Shown: positions 9,322 through 18,353, numbered from the stretch's first letter. The stretch is 25,166 nucleotides of DNA from a virus (IMGVR_UViG_3300036824_000010:1-25166); one strand, 5' to 3'. Numbers and translations are program-made. Notes: generated by a model not told the origin, from the letters alone.

Positions 9322-12300
9322 ATGCCAACTATTTCGCAAGTATCGGTGCTGGTTGGAAGCCAAGGTAATCCTGCTTTGGTCAAGGTTGGAGCCGGGCCGC
9401 AAGGGCCGCCAGGGCCAGCGGGCGCGATTGGCCTTAATGGTGCACAGGGGCCTCCTGGGCCGCCTGGAACGCAAGGAATTGCCGGTGGCCCAGGGCCTGT
9501 GGGCCCGACCGGCCCGCAAGGAATTCAAGGCCAGCCGGGTCCAGCCGGGACTCCCGGTGCTGGAGTTTTGATTAAGGGCACCGTGGCAAATACTGCCGCG
9601 CTTCCCACAACCGGGAACGCCAATGGCGATCTCTGGATTACAGCTGATACCGGGCACGGGCACGTCTGGCAAACTAACGCCTGGACCGATGTGGGACCTG
9701 TTCAGGGGCCTCCGGGTCCGGCCGGTGCGCAAGGTGCACAAGGACCACAAGGAACGCAAGGGCCAGCCGGCGCGCAAGGAGTGCCTGGCGCGCAAGGAGT
9801 GCCCGGCGCGCAAGGCTCTACAGGCACCGCTGGGGCAGTCGGCCCGCAAGGCAATCCGGGAAACCAAGGTGCTCAAGGGATACAGGGAGCGACTGGCGCG
9901 ACTGGCCCGCAAGGAGTCGCTGGTGCGACCGGTCCGACTGGACCACCGGGACAAGGACTATTGCTCAAGGGCACTGTGCCGACGCATTCCGATCTGCCAA
10001 CGACTGGCAACACGCAAGGTGACCTTTGGATTGCCGCAGATACCGGACATGGTTGGTGCTGGGAAAGCTCGGCATGGGTTGACGTTGGACCCATTCAAGG
10101 GCCGCCGGGACCGACCGGATCACAGGGACCGCAAGGGACCGCTGGCGCGACTGGAGCAACCGGTGCGCAAGGCGTTGCCGGATCGACCGGGCCGACTGGC
10201 CCGCAGGGACCGATTGGAAACACCGGGCCGACCGGGTTGACCGGGCTAACTGGGGCGACTGGTGCTCAAGGATCAACTGGCGCAACGGGTGGCGCGGGTC
10301 CACAGGGGCCCCAAGGCCTCGTCGGCCCAACTGGGGGAATCGGTCCACAGGGACCACAAGGCAATCCTGGCACTGGGATTAATTGGCGCGGCGCTTGGAG
10401 CGCGGCAACCGCCTACGCAATTAATGACGCAGTGACCTCTGGCGGATCAAGCTACGTTTGCACGGCAGCAAACACTAATCAGCAGCCTCCTAACGCGACC
10501 TATTGGAACGTAATGGCGGCGCAAGGTGCCGTCGGCCCGACCGGGTCACAAGGCCCGATTGGCGTCACCGGCAGCCAGGGGCCGCAGGGCATCCAAGGCG
10601 CCACGGGAACGACTGGCGCGACCGGGCCGCAGGGAATACAAGGGCCACAAGGAACGACCGGCCTAACAGGTTCTACCGGGCCCACCGGCCCGACTGGACC
10701 GCCAGCTATGAATTGGCGCGGGCCCTGGAATTCCGCAACCGCTTATAACGCCAATGATGGCGTGAGCTCCGGCGGCTCAAGTTATCTCTGCGTTAACGCG
10801 AACACGAACAGTCAGCCGCCGAATGCAAATTGGAGTTTGCTCGCGCAGGTAGGCGGAACGGGACCGGCGGGGCCGCAAGGCAACCCTGGAACCGGCATTA
10901 ACTGGCGCGGCAACTGGAGCGCAGCGGCCGCTTATGCGATCAATGATGCGGTCACCTCTGGCGGATCAAGCTACGTTTGTACAGCACCGAACACCAATCA
11001 GCAACCACCCAATGCGACCTATTGGTCGGTAATGGCCGCGCAAGGGGCGAGTGGACTGACTGGCACGACTGGCGCGACTGGCGCGACCGGAGCCGCTGGT
11101 GCGCCTGGGATGAACTGGCGCGGCGCTTGGGGATCAGCAACAGCCTATGCGATCAACGATACGGTCAGTTATCAAAATTCGTCGTATATCTGCATTCTAG
11201 GTAATACGTCATTTCCGCCGACTAACCCGACGTATTGGTCGCCGGTCGCACTGCAAGGCGTAGCTGGGCCGACCGGTAGTCAGGGAACAACGGGCGCGAC
11301 TGGACCGACCGGGTCGACTGGCCTAACTGGAGCGACAGGACCAGCGGGTACCCCCGGACCGAATTATCGGGGTGCATGGTCAAGCTCAACTGCGTATGCG
11401 GTTAACGATCTGGTTACTCGTAATGCTTTTGGACAAACCGTTGTGTCCAGTTGGATTTGTACGATTGCCAATACCGGCAGCGATCCTGGCCAAGCTGGCG
11501 GTAGTGCGGATTGGGCCTATTTCGCTCAGGCCGGAGCTACCGGTGGCCAGGGACCTGCCGGCAATACTGGGCCAACCGGTTCGACCGGACCGATCGGAAC
11601 GACTGGGGCCACCGGGCCGATCGGACCAATCGGGATTACTTGGCGCGGCGCTTGGGTTTCGTCGACCACTTACGCAGTAAATGATGGAGTGATTCAGGGC
11701 GGCTCAAGCTATATCTGTACCGCGACCAACCTGAATCAGCCACCGCCGAATGCGACCTACTGGAACATCCTCGCGGCGCAAGGCGCACCGGGGACTACTG
11801 GATCACTAGGGCCGCCCGGACCGGTCGGCATGAACTGGCGCGGAGGTTGGGCATCGGCCACTACTTACGCGATTAATGATGCGGTTAGTCAGGGCGGATC
11901 GAGCTATATCTGCATCTCCGCGAATACGAATAACCAGCCGCCCAATGCCACCTATTGGTCACTGGTCGCGCAACAGGGTGGCGTTGGCCCGGCTGGCAGT
12001 CAGGGACCGATCGGCAATACCGGTCCGCAGGGGCCCATCGGAAACACCGGACCGGCTGGGCCAACTGGTCCGACCGGATTGACGGGGCCGGCCGGGCCGC
12101 CGGGCATGAATTGGAAGGGTTCCTGGTTAGCGGCAACCGGGTATGTCGTTAATGACGGGGTGAGCTCAGGAGGAGCTAGTTATATCTGTATTGTTGCCAA
12201 TACCAACAGCCAGCCACCAAACGCCAATTGGAACGTGCTCGCGCAAGTAGGCGGGACTGGGCCCACCGGGCCCCCCGGAATGAACTGGCGCGGGCCGTGG

Positions 12301-13053
12301 GTCTCGGGCACTTCCTACGCGCTGAACGACGGAGTTAGCAATGCGGGCGCATCCTACATCTGCATTCTCGCGAATAGCACTATTCAGCCGCCTAATTCGA
12401 CGTATTGGAATACGCTCGCTGCGCAAGGGTCGCAGGGAAACCCCGGCAATACCGGCGCTCCGGGCGCTGGCATGAACTGGAAAGGCCCGTGGGCGGTTGG
12501 CACGAGCTACGTGGTCAACGATACCGTCAGCCAGGGCGGCGCGACGTATATTTGTATCCTGGCGAATGCGGGCAACCAGCCTCCTAACGCTGCGTATTGG
12601 GCTTTGGTTGCTGCGTCCGGTTCAGCAGCTCTTGCGACCACCAGTGCAATTGGGGCAGTACCAATTTTGCCAGCTGTAGGGACGGGGGTTGGTCAACAAC
12701 AGCGAACCTGGGCGCGTGGCGATAATACGGCTTGGCAAGCGTTGCCGTTACAGAGTTTCAGCGGCTTTATTGAGACACCTGCCGTCAAGGTTTACACCAT
12801 CGATTTATCTGTTGCTCCGGCATTAGGTTATCGCATTGTGCAATTCTCCGCGGTCCTCACCGCGGGTACTGCTACTGTCGCGATCAATCGTAATGGTACA
12901 GCGATTACCGGAGCTACGGCAATCAATTTAACGACCACACTCTCGAATACGACTTTGACTGTAGACGTGATCCAGAACGATAAGATCGATTTGTCGGTTA
13001 CGGCGATCAGCGCTGCGGCTAACTTGGCATTTTCCATGCGCTTCCAAGCTTAA
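9322..13053 (+). CDS. Collagen-like tail fibre with 10 CBM5/12 (ChtBD3)-like modules
   Basis: Long Gly-X-Y runs, two LIKGTV...LPTTGN..GDLWI.ADTGHG..W repeats, and ten NW(R/K)G.W...T.Y..ND.V..GG.SY.C...N...PPN..YW modules. Confidence 0.9.
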   Translation: MPTISQVSVLVGSQGNPALVKVGAGPQGPPGPAGAIGLNGAQGPPGPPGTQGIAGGPGPVGPTGPQGIQGQPGPAGTPGAGVLIKGTVANTAALPTTGNANGDLWITADTGHGHVWQTNAWTDVGPVQGPPGPAGAQGAQGPQGTQGPAGAQGVPGAQGVPGAQGSTGTAGAVGPQGNPGNQGAQGIQGATGATGPQGVAGATGPTGPPGQGLLLKGTVPTHSDLPTTGNTQGDLWIAADTGHGWCWESSAWVDVGPIQGPPGPTGSQGPQGTAGATGATGAQGVAGSTGPTGPQGPIGNTGPTGLTGLTGATGAQGSTGATGGAGPQGPQGLVGPTGGIGPQGPQGNPGTGINWRGAWSAATAYAINDAVTSGGSSYVCTAANTNQQPPNATYWNVMAAQGAVGPTGSQGPIGVTGSQGPQGIQGATGTTGATGPQGIQGPQGTTGLTGSTGPTGPTGPPAMNWRGPWNSATAYNANDGVSSGGSSYLCVNANTNSQPPNANWSLLAQVGGTGPAGPQGNPGTGINWRGNWSAAAAYAINDAVTSGGSSYVCTAPNTNQQPPNATYWSVMAAQGASGLTGTTGATGATGAAGAPGMNWRGAWGSATAYAINDTVSYQNSSYICILGNTSFPPTNPTYWSPVALQGVAGPTGSQGTTGATGPTGSTGLTGATGPAGTPGPNYRGAWSSSTAYAVNDLVTRNAFGQTVVSSWICTIANTGSDPGQAGGSADWAYFAQAGATGGQGPAGNTGPTGSTGPIGTTGATGPIGPIGITWRGAWVSSTTYAVNDGVIQGGSSYICTATNLNQPPPNATYWNILAAQGAPGTTGSLGPPGPVGMNWRGGWASATTYAINDAVSQGGSSYICISANTNNQPPNATYWSLVAQQGGVGPAGSQGPIGNTGPQGPIGNTGPAGPTGPTGLTGPAGPPGMNWKGSWLAATGYVVNDGVSSGGASYICIVANTNSQPPNANWNVLAQVGGTGPTGPPGMNWRGPWVSGTSYALNDGVSNAGASYICILANSTIQPPNSTYWNTLAAQGSQGNPGNTGAPGAGMNWKGPWAVGTSYVVNDTVSQGGATYICILANAGNQPPNAAYWALVAASGSAALATTSAIGAVPILPAVGTGVGQQQRTWARGDNTAWQALPLQSFSGFIETPAVKVYTIDLSVAPALGYRIVQFSAVLTAGTATVAINRNGTAITGATAINLTTTLSNTTLTVDVIQNDKIDLSVTAISAAANLAFSMRFQA
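10378..12620 (+). repeat. Ten ~150-bp coding repeats (CBM5/12-like) separated by collagen linkers
   Basis: Repeated aactggcgcggc...ggcggatcaagcta...tattgg blocks are directly visible. Confidence 0.85.
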
Positions 13054-13060
13054 CCTCTTT

Positions 13061-13318
13061 ATGCCAAGTGTCATGATCGTACCCAGCGCAGCGAAACCGA
13101 TTATCACGGTAACGGGACTCCCTGCATTTGGTAATACGGTAGGCAGTATTGCGCCAAACACTAGTCAACTTTCTGTTGGCATGCTTTTACTTAATTGGAG
13201 CACCTATTGGCCGTCGCAGCCTTCGATTACCATCATTAATTCGACAGTACAGATAACCTTATCTGTAAATGTAACTGGTTCGGGTCCTGGAACTTCCATA
13301 AGCTTAAATTTCCAGTAA
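13061..13318 (+). CDS. Small beta-rich virion-associated protein
   Basis: TSQLSVGM...I..INSTVQITLS..VTGSG motif resembling tail-protein repeat units. Confidence 0.5.
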   Translation: MPSVMIVPSAAKPIITVTGLPAFGNTVGSIAPNTSQLSVGMLLLNWSTYWPSQPSITIINSTVQITLSVNVTGSGPGTSISLNFQ

Positions 13319-13538
13319 AAATCTTGCGGAGGCTCAAGCCAAAGGTGAAGCCGACTTAAATGAACGGTGGCGATCGCGCAAATTGCGGTGAACGGCTCTT
13401 TTGAAACATACTGGCTGGTGTTCAAACCAGTCTGGCCGGGTGATCCGGATTTGGTTCCCGCCAATAGTCTCAAGCCAGAAAAACGCGGAAGGGACGCAAG
13501 GCAAAGCTGTTTACAGAATTTGCGGTTGATTAGCCATT

Positions 13539-13655
13539 TTATTGCCGGCCGGCCAGCTGTTCGTTTTCCCGATCAATATATTCATCAAACGCCTCGCGGA
13601 CTAAATCGGCGATGGTGCAGCGGCCGCGGTGCTTGGCTCTGGTGGCAAACATCAT
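13539..13655 (-). CDS. 38-aa RHH/CopG-like peptide lacking the N-terminal beta-ribbon
   Basis: MMFATRAKHRGRCTIADLVREAFDEYIDRENEQLAGRQ; ATGA-coupled to the upstream minus-strand gene; too short for the ORF track. Confidence 0.5.
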   Translation of the reverse strand: MMFATRAKHRGRCTIADLVREAFDEYIDRENEQLAGRQ

Positions 13656-13831
13656 TTCCAAAAATGATTAACGAAAACCGCGACCGCCAGTAAACCGTAG
13701 AGGCCGCGCACTGTCCACTGTAAGCCATCAAGTCGCGTCTCAATTCTCGCCAGCCGGTCGGCTATAGTTGTGGCGCCCTCAAGCCGCTGCTCGAGCCGCA
13801 GCACTTCAGCGTGGACTTCTTCAGGGGTCAT
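13652..13831 (-). CDS. Small coiled-coil + single C-terminal TM protein (XhlA/DUF1515-like architecture)
   Basis: MTPEEVHAEVLRLEQRLEG...RLARIETRLDGLQWTVRGLYGLLAVAVFVNHFWK, 59 aa from the ATG at 13831. Confidence 0.65.
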   Translation of the reverse strand: MTPEEVHAEVLRLEQRLEGATTIADRLARIETRLDGLQWTVRGLYGLLAVAVFVNHFWK

Positions 13832-13844
13832 TTTTCGGCAGAGA

Positions 13845-13874
13845 TTGACATTTTTCGTTGGTGCTGTAAATAAT
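13845..13874 (+). promoter_or_regulatory. Sigma70-type early promoter
   Basis: Perfect TTGACA at 13845-13850 and AATAAT at 13869-13874 (18-nt spacer), in the AT-rich divergent gap. Confidence 0.55.
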
Positions 13875-13875
13875 A

Positions 13876-13898
13876 CCTCATATACACTTGATATGAGG
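13876..13898. promoter_or_regulatory. Inverted repeat CCTCATAT-N7-ATATGAGG, probable operator
   Basis: Perfect 8-bp arms covering the expected transcription start and the ATG (13893) of the RHH gene. Confidence 0.6.
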
Positions 13899-14081
13899 AA
13901 AGTAAAACCAAAAGAGCCTGTCGCTCGGCTCTCCTTTAGTCTGCCGCCTTGGATGCCGCCGCTGATCCGCGACCGGGCGAGCGCCGCCGATATGACCTTA
14001 TCGCAATATATGCGCGCTCTGGTCAGAAATGATCTGGCGCGGGCTAAAGCCGAGCTTGAAAATGTCGTAAATACTGAGTAG
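13893..14081 (+). CDS. Ribbon-helix-helix (Arc/CopG-like) regulator
   Basis: ARLSFSLP (ribbon)...IRDRASAADMTLSQYMRALVRNDL; first gene after the promoter. Confidence 0.75.
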   Translation: MRKVKPKEPVARLSFSLPPWMPPLIRDRASAADMTLSQYMRALVRNDLARAKAELENVVNTE

Positions 14082-14093
14082 CACTGAGTAATA
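14079..14093. promoter_or_regulatory. 15-bp palindromic box, copy 1 (TAGCACTGAGTAATA)
   Basis: Begins at the RHH stop codon and ends 4 nt before the next ATG; a degenerate copy lies 10 bp upstream. Confidence 0.55.
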
Positions 14094-14097
14094 ACCA

Positions 14098-14220
14098 ATG
14101 AATAACGACGATAAAATCATCACCGCAATAAAAGAAATCGACGGCTCCGCAGAACGCGTTCGCCTGCTGGCGCAATGTCCGATCACCTACCGAGTGGATG
14201 GAGAACTCGAGCAAGTCTAA
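14098..14220 (+). CDS. Hypothetical 40-aa protein
   Basis: MNNDDKIITAIKEIDGSAERVRLLAQCPITYRVDGELEQV; fills the gap and is TAATG-coupled to the next gene. Confidence 0.5.
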   Translation: MNNDDKIITAIKEIDGSAERVRLLAQCPITYRVDGELEQV

Positions 14221-15278
14221 TGAACGAACCTACTCAACAATTAACTGTTCAACCTAGCGGGCTGGCGCTGGCGGCGATCTCCATCGAAGAGCTCATCGGC
14301 CAAGTGCAACTCATCCAGCAGGCGATGAAGGCTGTCATGCGCGAAGGCGAGCATTACGGCGTCATCCCCGGCACCGGTCGCAAAAATCCGGAGACTGGCA
14401 AGGAAGAAGGTAAACCTACACTACTCAAGCCAGGTGCCGAAAAACTCTGTTTCCTGTTCCGGCTGGCGCCATCCTATGAAACGATCGAAACCGATCTTCC
14501 TGGAGGCCACAAATCGTTTCAGGTCCGTTGCCGTCTGCATCACATCACGAGCGGCGCTTTAGTCAGTGAAGGCGTGGGTATCTGTACGACGCTAGAAGGC
14601 AAATACCGCTACCGTAAGGAAGTACTTAAAGACGAGAACGACCAACCAGTGCTGGTTCCAGGCAACTACTGGAAGGATCGCAACCCAGAAAAGATCGGCG
14701 GCCGCCAATTCTCCGTCACTAAGCAGGACGGTAAGTGGTACGTCGCCCACAAGGTTGAGCACGATAACCCGGCCGACTACCACAACACGGTGGTCAAAAT
14801 GGCGTGCAAACGGGCGCTGGTCGCAGCGACACTGAACGCCACGGCCGCGAGCGATATCTTCACTCAGGACCTGGAAGATACGCCAGAGGAAATCCGCGAG
14901 GAAGCTCCACGTCAGGAGCGCCAGGAAACGCGCAAGGAGCCGCCACCGGCACGCCGAAAGCCGGAACCGGTAAAAGCTACCGAACCGAAACAAACCGAGC
15001 CTGAACCGCCGGCACAAGAGCAGCAGCAGCCCAATGGCGGCGTGGCCAACGGCAACAGCAGCACCTTGCAAGGCGTTGTCACTCAGTGCCGACCCTCAGA
15101 GTTTGATGGGAAGAAGTACTACTGGGCCGAGATTAAAGGACGAGCTGTCTTCACGCCTGAACAAAAACTGGGCGAGGATCTTTTCGCGGCGGAGGGGCAG
15201 GAGATCGAGGCGCTCGTGCGGCCAGCCAAGAAGGCAAACCGGTGGATCCTCGTAGATTTCCATTTTCCCAAAGAATGA
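14220..15278 (+). CDS. Putative single-strand annealing/recombination protein
   Basis: KPTLLKPGAEKL and NTVVKMACKRALVAA...SDIFTQDLED motifs, a P/E/Q linker and a small beta C-terminal domain; early-region position. Confidence 0.55.
   Translation: MNEPTQQLTVQPSGLALAAISIEELIGQVQLIQQAMKAVMREGEHYGVIPGTGRKNPETGKEEGKPTLLKPGAEKLCFLFRLAPSYETIETDLPGGHKSFQVRCRLHHITSGALVSEGVGICTTLEGKYRYRKEVLKDENDQPVLVPGNYWKDRNPEKIGGRQFSVTKQDGKWYVAHKVEHDNPADYHNTVVKMACKRALVAATLNATAASDIFTQDLEDTPEEIREEAPRQERQETRKEPPPARRKPEPVKATEPKQTEPEPPAQEQQQPNGGVANGNSSTLQGVVTQCRPSEFDGKKYYWAEIKGRAVFTPEQKLGEDLFAAEGQEIEALVRPAKKANRWILVDFHFPKE
15077..15091. promoter_or_regulatory. 15-bp palindromic box, copy 2 (TGTCACTCAGTGCCG; intragenic)
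   Basis: The reverse complement CGGCACTGAGTGACA matches copies 3 and 4. Confidence 0.4.
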
Positions 15279-15442
15279 AAATTAAGACTAACTTTGATTA
15301 CCCGCCCGTGCCAGATCGACGCTTCGACTGGTCGGCCATCGACGATGACACTTACGATGGACCCGGCAGCCCGGTCGGTTACGGCGAGACTGAGGTGGCA
15401 GCCATTGACGACTTACTTGCCCAATTACAGGAGCGCGAATAA
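15275..15442 (+). CDS. Small acidic phage protein
   Basis: ATGA overlap; WSAIDDDTYDG...GYGETEVAAIDDL. Confidence 0.65.
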   Translation: MKIKTNFDYPPVPDRRFDWSAIDDDTYDGPGSPVGYGETEVAAIDDLLAQLQERE

Positions 15443-15444
15443 CC

Positions 15445-16152
15445 ATGGAGCTTGCATTATCATTATTTGAACCGGCACCACCCCCAACTTTTGATCTGGC
15501 GATCAGTCTGGATCCAGAAAGCGCCGCGGAAGTGTCCGAATGCCTGCGGGCTTGTGAGCAACTGCCTGCGGTTAAGGACGACCAGTCGCTAGCCATCTGT
15601 ATCGAACAGGCCAAAGAGATCAAAGCGCTGATCAACGGCATTGAGGAATCCAGAGAATCGCTCAAAAAACCGTTCCTGAAAGCCTGCCGCCTGATCGACG
15701 ACAGCGCCAAGCGTGCTCGGGCCAAGCTCGAAGATGCTTATCAGGACGTGATGAGCGCCGTGGCCATTTTTGAAGGTGTGCGCCGGCGTGAACGCGAAGA
15801 GGAAAAGGCCAAGCATGAGGCCGAGCTCGCGCAACTGGCCAAACAAGCGCACAACGAAGCGGACGAGGCTAAGCGTGCCGAACTGATCCGCCAAGCGCAG
15901 GACGCGGCGCTGGCCGCTAACAAGGTCGTGCAACCCGTGCAGGGAATGGCCCTAACCAAGAGCTACAAGTTCGAAATTGAGAGCCTTGACGAAATTTGGA
16001 AGTTCAATCGCAAGCTGCTGAAAATCGAATTAAGCCAATCTGCCTGTATGGACGTCGTGCGTATGCTTAAGGAGAGCGGGGCGAAAGAGTTACTAATCCC
16101 TGGGATCAAGGTGACCGAGATCGTGGGCGCGCGTGTCGCTGGAGGCAAATAA
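15445..16152 (+). CDS. Coiled-coil early protein (Gp157/Gam-like neighbourhood protein)
   Basis: IEESRESLKKPF coiled coil and IPGIKV C-terminus; near the annealase. Confidence 0.55.
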   Translation: MELALSLFEPAPPPTFDLAISLDPESAAEVSECLRACEQLPAVKDDQSLAICIEQAKEIKALINGIEESRESLKKPFLKACRLIDDSAKRARAKLEDAYQDVMSAVAIFEGVRRREREEEKAKHEAELAQLAKQAHNEADEAKRAELIRQAQDAALAANKVVQPVQGMALTKSYKFEIESLDEIWKFNRKLLKIELSQSACMDVVRMLKESGAKELLIPGIKVTEIVGARVAGGK

Positions 16153-16379
16153 TGGGCTCTTATGACCATTGGAAGACGACTAACCCGGACGACGAATGGC
16201 TTGGGCCTGAGCCCGAGGATGAACCAGCTACGAAAACGCCGGGACAACTGAGGTATGAAGCGTTTTGGGATCGTCAGTTGCCGGACAATATCGAACCGAC
16301 TGGCTGGGAACGACTCAACCCCGAAATTCGTGCAGCCTGGGAAGATGTGGCGCGAACAGCCAAGGAGCCCGAGCGATGA
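16152..16379 (+). CDS. Hypothetical protein
   Basis: TAATG-coupled; YDHWKTTNPDDE and PGQLRYEA...W..L....RAAWE motifs. Confidence 0.6.
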   Translation: MGSYDHWKTTNPDDEWLGPEPEDEPATKTPGQLRYEAFWDRQLPDNIEPTGWERLNPEIRAAWEDVARTAKEPER

Positions 16380-16591
16380 GCTGTGCGCGGTGTGAACGAC
16401 TGGCGCGCGAGGTTGAGTCCTTGAGTACTTGGATCAAAAATCACCAGGATCGCGGGCTGGCGTATATCGATAAGATTCGCGCGCAACGCAAGGAGATCGA
16501 GGCGCTGAAGGCTGAGAACGCCACCCTCCGGACCGGGATCGTGCGACGCAAGAGCCGCAAGCGTACGCTGATCGGGGAGGGGAGTAATTGA
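16376..16591 (+). CDS. Hypothetical CxxC coiled-coil protein
   Basis: ATGA overlap at 16376; MSCARCERLAREVESL. Confidence 0.6.
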   Translation: MSCARCERLAREVESLSTWIKNHQDRGLAYIDKIRAQRKEIEALKAENATLRTGIVRRKSRKRTLIGEGSN

Positions 16592-16809
16592 CCGGACAAG
16601 AAGAGGTCCTTGCTAAATCTGTGGCCCTACTCACGAGATCGTTAGCCTCGCTCCACGCCTACACCGAAATTTGCCTTTCGGTACTGGAGTACACGGAACT
16701 TAATGCAGTGCAAGCGGCCACCGTGCGCAAACTGCGCAAAGAACTGGTGCGTTCACAAGCCGAATTTCTGGAAACGTTCGGCGGCTGGCTGCCGCCCGGA
16801 GGAAATTAA
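16588..16809 (+). CDS. Hypothetical protein
   Basis: TTG start overlapping TGA, with GGAG upstream. Confidence 0.55.
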   Translation: MTGQEEVLAKSVALLTRSLASLHAYTEICLSVLEYTELNAVQAATVRKLRKELVRSQAEFLETFGGWLPPGGN

Positions 16810-16836
16810 GGTGAACAGAGCTTGGCCGCAGTGAAC

Positions 16837-17082
16837 ATGGAAAGCAAAATGAAACCAATAAAAAATGGAGAATTCAAAATAGAAAAAGGAATTCCGGTTC
16901 CCAAAAAGGCAGCATGGAAAGCGATGGCTCGGACCATGGATTTTGGTGACTCGGTATTTGCTAAAACCAATAGTGAGAGAAATTTGATCGCTCAGGGGAT
17001 TCGTTTAATCGGCGCAAAAGTGGTGCAAAGAAAAGATGGGAACGGCTGGCGGCTTTGGAAACTTAAACCCGATCCCGATTAA
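16837..17082 (+). CDS. Small basic putative DNA-binding protein
   Basis: FKIEKGIPVP...MDFGDSVF...GWRLWK pattern common in phage early regions; start may be 16849. Confidence 0.6.
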   Translation: MESKMKPIKNGEFKIEKGIPVPKKAAWKAMARTMDFGDSVFAKTNSERNLIAQGIRLIGAKVVQRKDGNGWRLWKLKPDPD

Positions 17083-17116
17083 AGCGGTAAGCCGAGCAAT
17101 CGCCCGCGCTGGCCGC

Positions 17117-17131
17117 TGGCACTCAGTGACA
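17117..17131. promoter_or_regulatory. 15-bp palindromic box, copy 3 (TGGCACTCAGTGACA)
   Basis: Intergenic, 19 nt before the ParB-N gene; followed by a GACAATGAA direct repeat. Confidence 0.6.
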
Positions 17132-17150
17132 ATGAAAGACAATGAACTAA

Positions 17151-18353
17151 ATGTTAGTACAGATTAAAGATATCAAACCTAATCCGTTTCGACGGATCGA
17201 ACACTATCCGATTATTCGGGAGAAGGTAGAAGCGCTCAAAGCTTCTTACGAGCAGACCGGCTACTGGGATAATATCCTTGGCCGTGTTGTTGACGGCAAA
17301 GTAGAGCAAGCCTACGGGCACCATCGCGTAGTTGCGCTGCGCGAATGCTATGGAAAGAGCAAGGAAGTCGAAGTGATCGTCAAACCGTTATCCGACGAGA
17401 ATATGATTCGGATTATGGCGAATGAGAATATGGAGGAGTGGGGCAGCCGGGCAATCGTCGAAATCGAGACCGTCTATGCGGTTGTGCAGGCGTATGCGGA
17501 GGGAAGGATCGAGTTGAGAAAACCGCACGAGAAAGCTAACCGAGGGTATTTACGTTATGCTCCTGGGTTTATCCTCGGGGATGCGAAAAGGGATGACTTT
17601 TCGCATGCCTACACAGCAGAAACTATCGGTAGGTTTTTAGGCTGGATACATCCAGGGGGGACGGTAAAACAGAAAGTCGACAACGCTTTAAGTGCTCTTC
17701 AGTTCATCGAGGAAGGGTTAGCAAAAGAGAGCACTTTTGCTGGCATCAATACTTCGGGATTGGAAGCTGTAGTCAGAGAAATCCGGCGCGCAAAAGAGGA
17801 TAAAGAACGCCTCGCGAAGTCTCACGATATTACCGCGCAAGAAGAAGCCAGACGGGAGAAGGAAGCCGAGAAGCGCGAAAAACAAGCTAAGACTCGCGAG
17901 GAAGCGCACCAAGCTAGCGTCGAGCGGTTCCGAGCGGAGGAGCGACGCAAAGCTGCGGAGATGAAGGCGCAAGAGGAGCGAGTAAGAGGACGTGAAAAAG
18001 CTGCCGAGGTTGGAGCGACAGTCAGCAAAGCGCTACAGACTGGAAAGATTGGTTATCAGGGAGCACGGGAAGAGGCCGCAAAACTTAATGATGATGTCAA
18101 GCAGCCACCCCCGGATCTGGAGGATTATTTGCGCCGCACTTTAGCCGATGTCAACCGAATATTGCGTTCAGAGTATCATGAGCCAGCGCGTCGGCTTGAT
18201 CGCGTAGTTCAGTATAAGAAGCATCTGGACGAAGTCACGCTGGAGGATGCCTCGAAAACTCTCTGGCAAGTTGCGGCACGGGCTGCGCAATACGCAAACC
18301 AGCTATGGGTCATCAACAAACCGAATGCCGACCTACTGAAACTAACGCGATGA
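17151..18353 (+). CDS. ParB/Srx N-terminal domain protein with long charged helical region
   Basis: IKPNPFR...LKASY...G....I...AYGHHRVVAL (GxxR box)...MANEN. Confidence 0.75.
   Translation: MLVQIKDIKPNPFRRIEHYPIIREKVEALKASYEQTGYWDNILGRVVDGKVEQAYGHHRVVALRECYGKSKEVEVIVKPLSDENMIRIMANENMEEWGSRAIVEIETVYAVVQAYAEGRIELRKPHEKANRGYLRYAPGFILGDAKRDDFSHAYTAETIGRFLGWIHPGGTVKQKVDNALSALQFIEEGLAKESTFAGINTSGLEAVVREIRRAKEDKERLAKSHDITAQEEARREKEAEKREKQAKTREEAHQASVERFRAEERRKAAEMKAQEERVRGREKAAEVGATVSKALQTGKIGYQGAREEAAKLNDDVKQPPPDLEDYLRRTLADVNRILRSEYHEPARRLDRVVQYKKHLDEVTLEDASKTLWQVAARAAQYANQLWVINKPNADLLKLTR

Noticed and set aside
9313-12679. Many alternative-frame and antisense ORFs over the collagen gene
   Set aside because: They are shadows of the GC-rich Gly-X-Y codon periodicity.
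9322-13053. Diversity-generating retroelement TR/VR pair among the fibre repeats
   Set aside because: Differences between the repeats compared are mostly synonymous and not adenine-specific, all copies are coding, and no reverse transcriptase is present.
4015-13377. HIP1-like GCGATCGC octamers (about three) and frequent CGATCG
   Set aside because: Density is far below cyanobacterial HIP1 levels and is explicable by codon pairs such as GCG ATC.
13323-13391. AQAKGE similarity between an intergenic fragment and the tape measure N-terminus
   Set aside because: A six-residue match with no extended DNA identity; likely chance.
13367-13693. 108-aa plus-strand ORF
   Set aside because: No recognisable features, and it overlaps two more protein-like minus-strand ORFs.
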